A stretch of 64,000 nt of DNA from Acidimicrobiales bacterium. GTDB taxonomy: Bacteria > Actinomycetota > Acidimicrobiia > Acidimicrobiales > SHLQ01. Positions 27,112 to 36,038 of the stretch are shown here, in pieces. The notes beneath the pieces are model-generated. The model saw only the letters and a program-made list of their open reading frames with translations. It had not been told where the DNA came from and searched no databases. Both the position numbers and the translations under genes were made by a program. The stretch covers positions 92,012 through 156,011 of the forward strand of contig JAHDCX010000006.1 in the NCBI GenBank assembly GCA_020629635.1, read 5' to 3'. The stretch's first letter is position 1, and each line of letters starts with the position of its first letter.

Positions 27112-27161
27112 GCGCGACTGCCAGCTGCTTGCGTGACGGTGCATTCCTCCCTACGATCTGC

Positions 27162-27185
27162 CTGATACACGGCTGATATATCACC
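27162..27185. promoter_or_regulatory. GntR-type operator box copy 2 (reverse orientation): CTGATACACGGCTGATATATCACC
   Basis: Exact reverse complement of the 24-mer at 35223-35246. Ends 18 nt upstream of the GTG start at 27204. Confidence 0.6.
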
Positions 27186-27203
27186 AACCCATCGGGGGAC
27201 CTC

Positions 27204-29723
27204 GTGAGCGAATTTCCGACCAAGGCCAACGTCGTCGTCATCGGCGCAGGCATCGTGGGCAGCTGCCTCGTCGGCCATCTGAGCCGACTCGGATGGGAGG
27301 ACATCCTCCTGATCGACAAGGGCCCGCTGCCGAACCCGGGTGGTTCGACCGGTCACGCGTCGAACTTCATCTTCCCGGTCGACCACAACAAGGAAATGGC
27401 CCTCCTCGGCGTGCAGAGCGCCAACCAGTACCGAGACCTGGACCGCAGCGTTGACTCCGGTGGCATCGAGGTCGCTCGCACCGAGGAGCGCATGCACGAG
27501 CTCACTCGCCGCATGACGTCGGCCAAGAGCTGGGGCGTCGAAGCCGAGCTCCTGACCCCTGCGCAGGTGAAAGAACTCGTCCCGTTCATCAATGAAGACG
27601 TCATCCTCGGCGGGTTCCACTGCCCGACGGTGAGCGTCGTCGACTCGCTCGACACCGGCACCCTCTTCCGCAACGAGGCGATGGAGAAGGGCGTCCTGCA
27701 GGTGTTTGCCAACACCGAGGTGCTCGACGTCGAGACCGCCGACGCCCCCAATGGCCAGCAGAAGGTGTCGGCCGTGGTCACCGATCGTGGCACGGTCGAG
27801 GCCAACCACGTGGTCGTCGCGTGTGGCGTGTGGTCCAACCGCGTCGCCAACATGGCCGGCGCGACGATTCCGCTCGTGCCTGCCGTGCACCAGATGGCCG
27901 ACGTCGGCCCGATCGACGTGCTCGCCGAGACCAACACCGAGATCGCCTACCCGATCGTTCGAGACATGGACACGTTCTGTTACGAGCGTCAGGCCGCCGG
28001 ATCGATGGAGGTTGGCTCCTACGGTCACCGGGCGATCCTGCATCACCCCGACGACATCCCGTCGAACGAAGAAGCAGCCCTCACGCCCACCGAGATGCCG
28101 TTCACCCAGGACGATTTCGATCCGCAGATGGAGACCGCCATCGAGTTGATGGACATGCTCGGCGACGCCGAGATCAAGTACGCCATCAACGGCCTGCTGT
28201 CGCTCACGCCGGACGCGATGCCGTGCCTCGGCGAGACCGTCGAGGTCCGAAACCTGTGGTCGGCAGCTGCGGTGTGGGTCAAGGAAGGCCCGGGCATGGC
28301 GCAGGTCGTGGCCGAGTGGATGACGTACGGCTACCCGCGGGTGATCGATCCCCACGTGTCCGACATCTCCCGCTTCTACCCCGATGAGCGTGGCGACGAG
28401 CACATCTGGGCTCGCTGCGACGAGCACTTCATCAAGACCTACGGCATCGTGCACCCCGCCGAGCAGTGGGAGAGTCGCCGCAACCTCAAGGTCTCTCCCT
28501 ACTACAGCCGCCAAGAAGCGCTCGACGCGACGTTCTTCCAGGCCCGCGTGTGGGAGCGTGCCCAGTGGTACGGCGCCAACAGCGACCTCGTCGAGCGCTA
28601 CGGGCTCGAGGAGCGTGAGGTCGAGTGGGACAACCGCTGGTGGAGCCCGATCACGGTCGGCGAGCACCTCAACATGCGCGAGAACGCCGGCCTGTTCGAC
28701 CTGACCCCGTTCCAGGTCTTCGAGCTGAGCGGCCCCGGCGCATGCGAGTTTGCCGAGTACCTCGCGGTCAACAAGGTGTGCAAGGGCGTGGGCACGAGCT
28801 GCTACACGCCGTGGCTCAACCAGGACGGTGGCTTCCACTCCGACCTCACGATGATGCAGACCGGCGAAGACACGGTCCGCATCGTCACGGGCGCCTTCGA
28901 TGGTGGTCGCGACGAGTACTGGATCAAGAAGTTCCTCCCCGAAGACGAGTCGGTCACCTTCACCAACCTCACTGAGACGACCACCACGCTCGGTCTCTGG
29001 GGCCCGAACGCTCCGGCCATCCTCGGCAAGCTCACCGACGCCGACCTCAGCTACGAGGGCAGCCCGTACGGCTCGGTGATCAACATCGAGGTCGCTGGCA
29101 TTCCGGTCACCCTGTTCCGTGTCTCCTATGTGGGCGATACCGGATGGGAGATCTACACGGGGTGGGACAACGGCCCGGCGCTCTGGGACGCGATCATGGA
29201 GGCTGGCGCCGACATGGGTCTGCGCGCCACGGGCATGGGCGTGTACGCCCTGTCGGGTCGCATCGAGAAGGGCTACCGCCTGATGGGCGCGGAGCTCGAG
29301 AGCGAGTACAACCCGATCGAGGCCGGTCTCGCTCGCCCGAAGGTCAAGGCCAATGACTTCATCGGCAAGGAGGCCTACCTGGCTGCTCGCGAAGCCGGTG
29401 ATCCCGAGGTCCACTGCGTGACGCTGATCGTCGACGACAACACCGACGGCCAGGGCCGCAAGCGGTTCATGCAGGGTGGCAACGAGCCGATCCTGACCGT
29501 CGACGGCGACCGGATCACCGACAGCCACGGCCGTGTCTCCCGCGTGACCACGGCGGGCTACAGCCCGTCGCTCGGAAAGATGCTGATCATGGGCTACCTG
29601 CCCACGCAGTACTGCGAGCCCGGGACCCAGATGAAGGTCATGTACATGAACGAGCTGTACCCCTGCACCGTCGTGGGTACCGGCTCCGCCTTCGACCCGG
29701 AGAACACCCGCCTCAAAGGCTGA
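27204..29723 (+). CDS. Dimethylglycine/sarcosine dehydrogenase-like enzyme (FAD oxidoreductase + GcvT folate-binding domain)
   Basis: VVVIGAGIVGSCL, GSTGHASNF (covalent-FAD His context). C-terminal aminomethyltransferase fold (GWEIY, GYSPSLGK). 839 aa. Confidence 0.9.
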   Translation: MSEFPTKANVVVIGAGIVGSCLVGHLSRLGWEDILLIDKGPLPNPGGSTGHASNFIFPVDHNKEMALLGVQSANQYRDLDRSVDSGGIEVARTEERMHELTRRMTSAKSWGVEAELLTPAQVKELVPFINEDVILGGFHCPTVSVVDSLDTGTLFRNEAMEKGVLQVFANTEVLDVETADAPNGQQKVSAVVTDRGTVEANHVVVACGVWSNRVANMAGATIPLVPAVHQMADVGPIDVLAETNTEIAYPIVRDMDTFCYERQAAGSMEVGSYGHRAILHHPDDIPSNEEAALTPTEMPFTQDDFDPQMETAIELMDMLGDAEIKYAINGLLSLTPDAMPCLGETVEVRNLWSAAAVWVKEGPGMAQVVAEWMTYGYPRVIDPHVSDISRFYPDERGDEHIWARCDEHFIKTYGIVHPAEQWESRRNLKVSPYYSRQEALDATFFQARVWERAQWYGANSDLVERYGLEEREVEWDNRWWSPITVGEHLNMRENAGLFDLTPFQVFELSGPGACEFAEYLAVNKVCKGVGTSCYTPWLNQDGGFHSDLTMMQTGEDTVRIVTGAFDGGRDEYWIKKFLPEDESVTFTNLTETTTTLGLWGPNAPAILGKLTDADLSYEGSPYGSVINIEVAGIPVTLFRVSYVGDTGWEIYTGWDNGPALWDAIMEAGADMGLRATGMGVYALSGRIEKGYRLMGAELESEYNPIEAGLARPKVKANDFIGKEAYLAAREAGDPEVHCVTLIVDDNTDGQGRKRFMQGGNEPILTVDGDRITDSHGRVSRVTTAGYSPSLGKMLIMGYLPTQYCEPGTQMKVMYMNELYPCTVVGTGSAFDPENTRLKG

Positions 29724-29766
29724 CCGGGGCTCACCTGGGGTCAAGTCCCAACAGGTACACAACTCG

Positions 29767-29813
29767 ACGACGCCCACCGGAGACCGCATGGTCTTGGCTC
29801 CGGTGGGCGTCGT
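29767..29813. terminator. 16-bp perfect stem hairpin between convergent genes
   Basis: ACGACGCCCACCGGAG (29767-29782) pairs with CTCCGGTGGGCGTCGT (29798-29813), 15-nt loop. Confidence 0.6.
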
Positions 29814-29858
29814 TCGCGTCTGGGGCGGGCGTGAACCGGGCGATCGTGCTCGCTCAGC

Positions 29859-31310
29859 TCACGGGCACACGTAGGCCTGAGAGCAGTCGTCGGGCACTGT
29901 CGTGTAGGGGATGGGCGTGTCGTCGGGTTCACCGGTGCCCGGGTTCGAGGCGCGGTAGATACCACCGGTCGGGCTCGTGACCGTCGTGTCCTCGGCCAGC
30001 ACGGTTCCGTCGGCGAACTTCACCGTGGTGACATTGGTCGTCGGGGTGTTCGGTCGGGCGGCCAGAATGCGATTGCCGTCACGGTCGAACATCGGCTCTC
30101 CGTTGTGCCACGCAGGCTCGACCAGCTGAGGCGTCGACACCGTTTCGACGATCAGCGGGTCCTCGTGCGTTCCCCAGAAGGTGGTGATGACCCGGACACC
30201 GGTCGTGGTGTTGGTCCGCACGACGGTGTTGCCGAACGTCTGGGTGACCATCCCCTCGACCGTTTCGGGGAGATCGGCGAGCGGCTCCTGGAACGGGAGG
30301 TTGTAGATCTCCTGCAGGTCCTTCTTCAGCAAGGCCCTCGCAACTTGTTGGGCGAGTTCTTTCCAGGTGCGCCACGGCATGAAGTCGATGCTGTGGATAC
30401 CCGGGTCCACGCCAACAACGGGCTCGATCTCGCTGTAGTGGCCTCCGTGCACAAAGACGTCACGAGTGATCTCGTCGGTATCGCAGTACGGCTCGCAGGT
30501 GTTGCGTGCGGAGACTCCCATCGAACCAGCCTTCACCTGCCAGTCGTCGACGACGGCCACGGAGTAGACGTCGGCAGGGTCCGCAAATGCGGGGGCGACC
30601 AGAAACTCGTCGGTCGTCGTCCATTCGTCCGTGAGCTCGCCGGTGTCGCCCTTGAATCGAAGGACGGTGTACGTCGGATCCGAGAAGCCCCAGGGCCGAT
30701 TCCAGGTGAGCACTGCGGCGCCGATGTGAGTGGTCACGTCGAGGTCGATGGTTTCGACGAGCGGCCGGACCACGCAGCTCGAGCCGTTCTCCCACCCCCA
30801 TCCGTCACCATCGGGGTCCGACGAAGCCGATTGGCAGTAGAGCCGACCATGTCGGTCGGTCCGCGACCCCATCGGCGCCGAGATGGTGTCGACGCTCGGG
30901 TCCCAGTCTTCCGTGAACACGCCGAGGGGGATCGTGTCGTCGGTCATCAGCGGCCCTCCGAGTTCGAGGTTGAAACTGGTCGGCATCTTGCACGACGCCT
31001 CGTTTTCCCAGCCCCAGCCGTCTCCGTCGGGGTCGGCGAGGATCGACTGGCAGGTCGGCGTGCGGGTTGGGTTCGTGTCAGAGTCGTTTGCGTCGTTGGC
31101 CACTCGGCAGGAGGCGTCGTTCTCCCACCCCCAGCCGTCCCCGTCGGGGTCGGAAGCGGCGGAGGCGCAGGTGGCTGCCGCGTCTGCGGCGTGGGTCGGC
31201 CAGGCGATCAGCAACGTGGCCGCCATGGCAACGCTGATCGCGATCGCCATCGACGTCTGCCAGCTGGACGTCATCGTGACCCGTCGAAGGGGTGAGGTGT
31301 TGTGACTCAT
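29859..31310 (-). CDS. Secreted protein with three Cys-bracketed DPDGDGWGWEN repeats
   Basis: ATG 31310 is preceded by AGGAG with 5-nt spacing. Signal peptide ...LLIAWPTHA. Three C-x6-DPDGDGWGWEN-x3-C modules, then a unique C-terminal region of about 300 aa. Confidence 0.7.
   Translation of the reverse strand: MSHNTSPLRRVTMTSSWQTSMAIAISVAMAATLLIAWPTHAADAAATCASAASDPDGDGWGWENDASCRVANDANDSDTNPTRTPTCQSILADPDGDGWGWENEASCKMPTSFNLELGGPLMTDDTIPLGVFTEDWDPSVDTISAPMGSRTDRHGRLYCQSASSDPDGDGWGWENGSSCVVRPLVETIDLDVTTHIGAAVLTWNRPWGFSDPTYTVLRFKGDTGELTDEWTTTDEFLVAPAFADPADVYSVAVVDDWQVKAGSMGVSARNTCEPYCDTDEITRDVFVHGGHYSEIEPVVGVDPGIHSIDFMPWRTWKELAQQVARALLKKDLQEIYNLPFQEPLADLPETVEGMVTQTFGNTVVRTNTTTGVRVITTFWGTHEDPLIVETVSTPQLVEPAWHNGEPMFDRDGNRILAARPNTPTTNVTTVKFADGTVLAEDTTVTSPTGGIYRASNPGTGEPDDTPIPYTTVPDDCSQAYVCP
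30774..31169. repeat. Three 63-nt intragenic repeats encoding the Cys-DPDGDGWGWEN-Cys modules
   Basis: Copies at 31107-31169, 30990-31052 and 30774-30836. Shared DNA core CCCAGCCGTC(C/T)CCGTCGGGGTC. Confidence 0.8.
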
Positions 31311-31408
31311 GGATACTCCTTTGCGCACAGCGGTGTGCGGTGCGTTCGGGGCGTCAATGCCACCGAGGCCACGTCGGGTTCCATGAATTCGAAACTTTTT
31401 CCGCGAAG

Positions 31409-31972
31409 ATGTCGCCGGTGCCGGCTGAGCAGGATTCGGACAACATCGCCTCCGGCGTGGCCATCGACCTCACGGTCGGGGAGCAGTCGGTGGACCGTGA
31501 CTTCGATGCGTTCTTTCGCAGTCATCGAGACGAGATCGCTCGTGCGCTGGCGTTCACGGTCGGCTCGACGCAGCTGGCGGAGGACGCGGTCGACGAGGCG
31601 ATGGCCCGCGCCTTCCAGCGATGGAACGTCGTGGGCCAATACGAGAGCCCGGCGGGGTGGGTGTATCGCACAGCCCTCAACTGGGCGCGCTCCTGGCGGC
31701 GCTCGGCGTTTCGCCGCGCTCGACGCGAGGAGCGAGTCGCTCGCCGGGATCGCCCGATCGAAGGGTCGCCGGACGATCGTCCCGATCTGCAGCGGGCGTT
31801 GCAGGGCTTGTCGATCGACCAGCGGGCCGTGGTGGTGCTTCGTCACTACTGCGATTGGTCCGTGACCGAGACTGCAGATGCCCTTGGCGTTTCGGAGGGG
31901 ACCGTGAAGAGTCGGACCGCCCGGGCGCTGGATGCATTGCGCGTCATACTTCAGGACGAGGGGATCACCTGA
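31409..31972 (+). CDS. ECF-type RNA polymerase sigma factor
   Basis: Start ATG 31409. Region 2 (DAVDEAMARAFQRW...GWVYRTALN) and region 4 (LSIDQRAVVVLRHYCDWSVTETADALGVSEGTVKSRTARAL). Confidence 0.85.
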   Translation: MSPVPAEQDSDNIASGVAIDLTVGEQSVDRDFDAFFRSHRDEIARALAFTVGSTQLAEDAVDEAMARAFQRWNVVGQYESPAGWVYRTALNWARSWRRSAFRRARREERVARRDRPIEGSPDDRPDLQRALQGLSIDQRAVVVLRHYCDWSVTETADALGVSEGTVKSRTARALDALRVILQDEGIT

Positions 31973-33321
31973 TGGACGACCCAGACCTTCGAGACCTGTT
32001 TGAGCGTGCGGATGAGGAGCTCGAGCTCCGAGGCGGCTCCCTCGACGCGGTCAAAACCCGGGCGGGGCAGCGGACCCAGCGCGCAAGGGTCGCGGCCGGT
32101 GCGGGTGCCCTGGCGTTGTTTGCCGTCGCAGGTTTGGTGGCCGTGTCATTGGTGGACGACCGAGCCAACGTGACCACCGTGGACGTCGCGACGGAAGATC
32201 CAGCAGCAGCAACCGGCCTGCTCACGGCGAACGACTTCGAGTACGTGGGCTCGTTCACGACGCCCGAAGCAGTCGGGGGCGAGACGCTGTTCGGGTTTGG
32301 TGGGCGAGCCGCAACGATCAACTCGACCACGGGCGCGTCGATGTTCATCACGACCGCAGAGCCCAATGAACGGGTGGGGGAGATCTCGATCCCGAGCGAC
32401 CTGCGGCCACACGACGGTGCCCGCAATGGGCTGCCGACCGCGGAGTTGCTGCAGGCGCCGAGCGACGTGACCGGAGGGCGCGGGGACGAATTCGTCGGGA
32501 GTGCCGCACGAGGCGGTCAGGACGATTTCCGAATCGGTGGGCTCGAAGTCGCCGACGTCGATGGCGAAGCTCGCCTGCACTGGACGGCGTGGCAGTTCTT
32601 CAACGTCGGGTACAACGACGTCGCCGGGCACGGGCATTCGAGTCTCGATCTCGCCGCGCCCGATCCGCAGGGCCCCTGGTACCTCGGAGCTGAAACCACC
32701 TATTCGACTGCGGGCTATGTGTTCGCTGCGCCGGACGACTTCGCGGCGACGATCGACGTCGATGCTGCGTTGATTTCGGGCTTTCAGGACGTCGCTCGTA
32801 CGCCTGACGGAAGTCAGGGGCCGCCGTTCTACGCCTACACCGCCCCTGCTGCGGAGCCTGCCGGGGCGAGGCTCGACGTTGTCCCGCTCGTGGAGTACCC
32901 GTTCGGACAGAGCGAGTCGAGCTCGATCGGCGAGGCGGCGGTGTTTCCGGGGGCTGACTGGGTCGATGCGTCAGACGGGCGCCGCGCGATCGTCGCCGTC
33001 GGCAACTCGATGCCGGTTGATCCGAATTCGAATTGTTTGTTCGGCCAGAACACCGACGTGGCCGCCCATGGCCCACAGCTTGCGTTGTACGACCCGAGCG
33101 ATCTCGCTGCGGTCGCGGCAGGCGAGCGGACACCGGACGACGTCGAGCCGTACGAGTTCGTCTCGCTCGCCGACGTCGTGGTGCCGGTGTGTGGCGCACA
33201 ATTGACGTCGATCAGCTTCGATCCGGCGAGCGAGCGGATTTTCATCGTGCAGACCTTGGTCACGGCCACGCCCGATCGTTACGACGCCCGGCCGGTGATC
33301 CATGTGCTTGCCGTGGGTTGA
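31972..33321 (+). CDS. Single-pass membrane protein coupled to the ECF sigma (possible anti-sigma / extracytoplasmic partner)
   Basis: Start overlaps the sigma-factor stop (TGATG at 31970-31974). Short cytoplasmic N-terminus, TM helix AGAGALALFAVAGLVAVSLV, large extracytoplasmic domain of unknown family. Confidence 0.55.
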   Translation: MDDPDLRDLFERADEELELRGGSLDAVKTRAGQRTQRARVAAGAGALALFAVAGLVAVSLVDDRANVTTVDVATEDPAAATGLLTANDFEYVGSFTTPEAVGGETLFGFGGRAATINSTTGASMFITTAEPNERVGEISIPSDLRPHDGARNGLPTAELLQAPSDVTGGRGDEFVGSAARGGQDDFRIGGLEVADVDGEARLHWTAWQFFNVGYNDVAGHGHSSLDLAAPDPQGPWYLGAETTYSTAGYVFAAPDDFAATIDVDAALISGFQDVARTPDGSQGPPFYAYTAPAAEPAGARLDVVPLVEYPFGQSESSSIGEAAVFPGADWVDASDGRRAIVAVGNSMPVDPNSNCLFGQNTDVAAHGPQLALYDPSDLAAVAAGERTPDDVEPYEFVSLADVVVPVCGAQLTSISFDPASERIFIVQTLVTATPDRYDARPVIHVLAVG

Positions 33322-33437
33322 GTCCGATCGGCTGAGCCCCCTATTCTCGCCGGCCGTCACCCCCAGGGTGACCTCTCCGCTCTCCAATATCACTCGCGGT
33401 GGTATCTTGGCGTCGAGGGCACTCGGGAGGCGTCGAA

Positions 33438-34892
33438 ATGGCTAGACGAATCGGCACAGGGATCATCGCAATGGCGATGATCGCGGCGTTGTTGGCGAGC
33501 GGGGCCACGGCGGCCCAGGCAGCAGAGACGCCTCGGGGCGAGTGCCGGGTGGTTCCCGACATCGGCGCGGGCCACGTGATCGAGATGATCGACCTGGGAG
33601 CTGGCGTTCGCCGGATCGCGCTTCGCCGAAACGGCGAGTTTGAGCGGATGCTCGACGGTTCGATCGCCGAAGAGAAGACGTTCGGTGGGCCCGATGGTTG
33701 GGCGATTCGGGTGTATCCCGAAGGCGGCGACCGCTACGAGCTCGCGTGCATCCCTGCCGAGCGCGGCACCAACCAGACGTTCTGTACGGCCACGCCATCG
33801 ACCGCCGATGCTCGGCAGGTCGACCTGTACTTCCCGGATCTCGACGCGAAGCGAGTGCAGGTGCGCCGCAATGACGTGTGGCAGGCGACCGTCGTGGGGG
33901 AGGATCGCTGGGTCGATTCTTCGCCGGTCGAGGGCGCCTCGTACGTGCTTCGGGTGAAACAGCTCGACGGTGACCGGATCGACGTGCCTTGCCGCGAACT
34001 GGGGTTGGGTCTCTACGAGATTCACGACGACGGCACTCGGCAATGGCCCGTTGCACTTCGCGAACCGATCGAGGTGGGCGACGAGCCGACGCCGACGTTC
34101 GACGGCGGCCAGTACCCCGAGCTCGATGGTGGTTCGTACTGGACGACCATCAGCCAAGACGGCACCACAGCCGCTGTGCTCGACACGGACGAACCGTGGA
34201 CCCGTGCGCTGTATCGGGTCGAGCTCGACGCCAGCGACGTGCAGCTGATCAAGACGAACGTGTCGACGTTTGCCATCTCGGCTGATGGCTCGGCGATCGC
34301 GTACACGTTCCGAGGCAAGCTCCGGGTCTGGCAGCTCGATGAAACGGCGGCAGGCGGAGCGACCGACCGTTCGGTCGTGGCCGATGATTCGATTCGATCG
34401 CTCCAGTTCTTCGGCGACGATCATCTCGTGTTCGTCTCGCGGGCTGACGACGAGCGCTATCGCTACACCGTCTCGACTGGGGCGTTGGTCCCGATCGGCG
34501 ATCTGTCGCTCGCCGACGACGGACGGACAGCGGTCGATCCGGCGACGGGTGAGCTCGTCGACGTCGACACGGGGGAACGGCGGACGTTGTTCGACCCCGC
34601 GCCGGCCAACGATTTCGAGCGGGTGGTGCTGTCGGCCGACGGCAGAACTGTCGCCATCAGCTATCCGTGGTTCAGCGAAGACCGTTTCAACGAGATTCGT
34701 CTCATCGACGTCGAGACCGGCCAGGTTCGCGAGTTCCGCTCGGTCGGCCGGTGGACAGACGGCAACGTCGACATCAACCGTGACGCGTCCGTCCTCACGT
34801 TGACCACCGATGAGGGCGAGCTGCCGTTGATCGTCGACCTGCGCTCATTCTCCGCGGCCTATCCCGACGCGTCCTTGGTCACGTACTTGTAA
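33438..34892 (+). CDS. Secreted hypothetical protein (beta-propeller-like C-terminal half)
   Basis: ATG 33438 is preceded by GGGAGG. Signal peptide MARRIGTGIIAMAMIAALLASGATAAQA. Repeated SADG/SQDG..A beta-blade-like segments. Confidence 0.55.
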   Translation: MARRIGTGIIAMAMIAALLASGATAAQAAETPRGECRVVPDIGAGHVIEMIDLGAGVRRIALRRNGEFERMLDGSIAEEKTFGGPDGWAIRVYPEGGDRYELACIPAERGTNQTFCTATPSTADARQVDLYFPDLDAKRVQVRRNDVWQATVVGEDRWVDSSPVEGASYVLRVKQLDGDRIDVPCRELGLGLYEIHDDGTRQWPVALREPIEVGDEPTPTFDGGQYPELDGGSYWTTISQDGTTAAVLDTDEPWTRALYRVELDASDVQLIKTNVSTFAISADGSAIAYTFRGKLRVWQLDETAAGGATDRSVVADDSIRSLQFFGDDHLVFVSRADDERYRYTVSTGALVPIGDLSLADDGRTAVDPATGELVDVDTGERRTLFDPAPANDFERVVLSADGRTVAISYPWFSEDRFNEIRLIDVETGQVREFRSVGRWTDGNVDINRDASVLTLTTDEGELPLIVDLRSFSAAYPDASLVTYL

Positions 34893-35222
34893 GCGATCGC
34901 CCCGGCCCGATCAGGCGTTGCTGTCAGATCTGCACGGCTGACGGGCTGCGCCACTGATTCCGCCTGCACACGAACAGCACTCGGGTGGGCCCGGCCATGG
35001 CGCCCTTCGTTGCGACAACGTGTCGGCTGGGGGAGCGGCGGATCTCGGCGAGGCGGCGACAAGTTCGCCAACATCGTCGAAGCGGCAAAGGACGTCGGCA
35101 TCGCCAACATGGGCGGCGAGGCGAAGATCATCGGCGAAAGCGACGGGTACCGCTCGTCGAAGTAGCGCCGTATCGCCACAAACTCCGGCTACCCAGACGG
35201 TGAGCCGTTTGCTAGGGTAATC

Positions 35223-35246
35223 GGTGATATATCAGCCGTGTATCAG
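35223..35246. promoter_or_regulatory. GntR-type operator box copy 3: GGTGATATATCAGCCGTGTATCAG
   Basis: Ends 18 nt upstream of the etfB ATG (35265). Identical (inverted) to copy 2. Confidence 0.6.
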
Positions 35247-35264
35247 AGCGAGCAGGAGCCGCAG

Positions 35265-36038
35265 ATGCGCATTCTCTGTTTGGTGAAGCGAGTCCCCGCA
35301 CCGGGCGCCCGCATCAACATCACCGAAGACGAACAGTACGTCGACGACAAGAACCTCGGACATGCCGTCTCCCCGCACGAGGAGTGTGGCGTGGAGGCTG
35401 CGGTGCAGCTGGTCGAGAAGCACGGGGGAGAGGCCACTGTGTTGTCGATGGGCGGCGCCGAGTCCGAAGAGCAGCTTCGGGCCGCCGTGTCGGTCGGCAT
35501 CGCCAAGATGGTGCTCGTGCCCACCGACGGCTCGCCGATGGACCCGCAACAGACCGCCGCCGCGCTCGTCGAAGCGATCCGCAATCTCGAAGAGGCCGAT
35601 GGCGCCTTCGATTTGATCATCTTCGGCAACGAGTCGGCCGATCAGGGCGGCTTCCAGGTGGGTATTCGCATCGCCCATGCGCTGGGCCGTCCGATGGTGA
35701 ATGGCATCAAGGGACTCGACGTCGACGGTGCGGCTGAGGGCCACATCCTCGCGAACCGGGAGATCGATTCGGGTGTTGAGGTGTACGAACTCCCGATGCC
35801 TGCATGCGTGGGCGTGAAGGAGGGCATCAACCTGCCTCGCTACCCGACGATGAAGGGCCGCCTCGCCTCGAAGAAGGCCGAGTTGTCCACCGTCGACGCC
35901 GCCGCCGAGGCTGGCGGTCAGGCGCAGGTGAAGCTCAAGTCGCCGCCCGAGGTTGTCAACGAAACCGTGATCCTGGGCAACGGCCCAGAGGCTGCACCCG
36001 CAGTCGTGGATCTTCTCGAAGAACTGGGGGTCATGTGA
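35265..36038 (+). CDS. etfB: Electron transfer flavoprotein beta subunit
   Basis: Start ATG 35265 (MRILCLVKRVP) with AGGAG 6 nt upstream. Typical ETF-beta motifs (NESADQGG). Confidence 0.9.
   Translation: MRILCLVKRVPAPGARINITEDEQYVDDKNLGHAVSPHEECGVEAAVQLVEKHGGEATVLSMGGAESEEQLRAAVSVGIAKMVLVPTDGSPMDPQQTAAALVEAIRNLEEADGAFDLIIFGNESADQGGFQVGIRIAHALGRPMVNGIKGLDVDGAAEGHILANREIDSGVEVYELPMPACVGVKEGINLPRYPTMKGRLASKKAELSTVDAAAEAGGQAQVKLKSPPEVVNETVILGNGPEAAPAVVDLLEELGVM

Noticed and set aside
27018-29789. 923-aa minus-strand ORF
   Set aside because: It is exactly antisense to the well-supported dimethylglycine-dehydrogenase-like gene. Its composition is Arg/Gly/Val-rich with no motifs, which is typical of a stop-poor antisense frame in high-GC DNA.
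35010-35165. Short plus-strand reading frame ending ...KFANIVEAAKDVGIANMGGEAKIIGESDGYRSSK in the 370-nt gap before etfB
   Set aside because: Only the last 34 or so codons look protein-like. There is no credible start or RBS, and the ORF is too short to support. It is possibly a gene remnant, so it is not reported as a feature.
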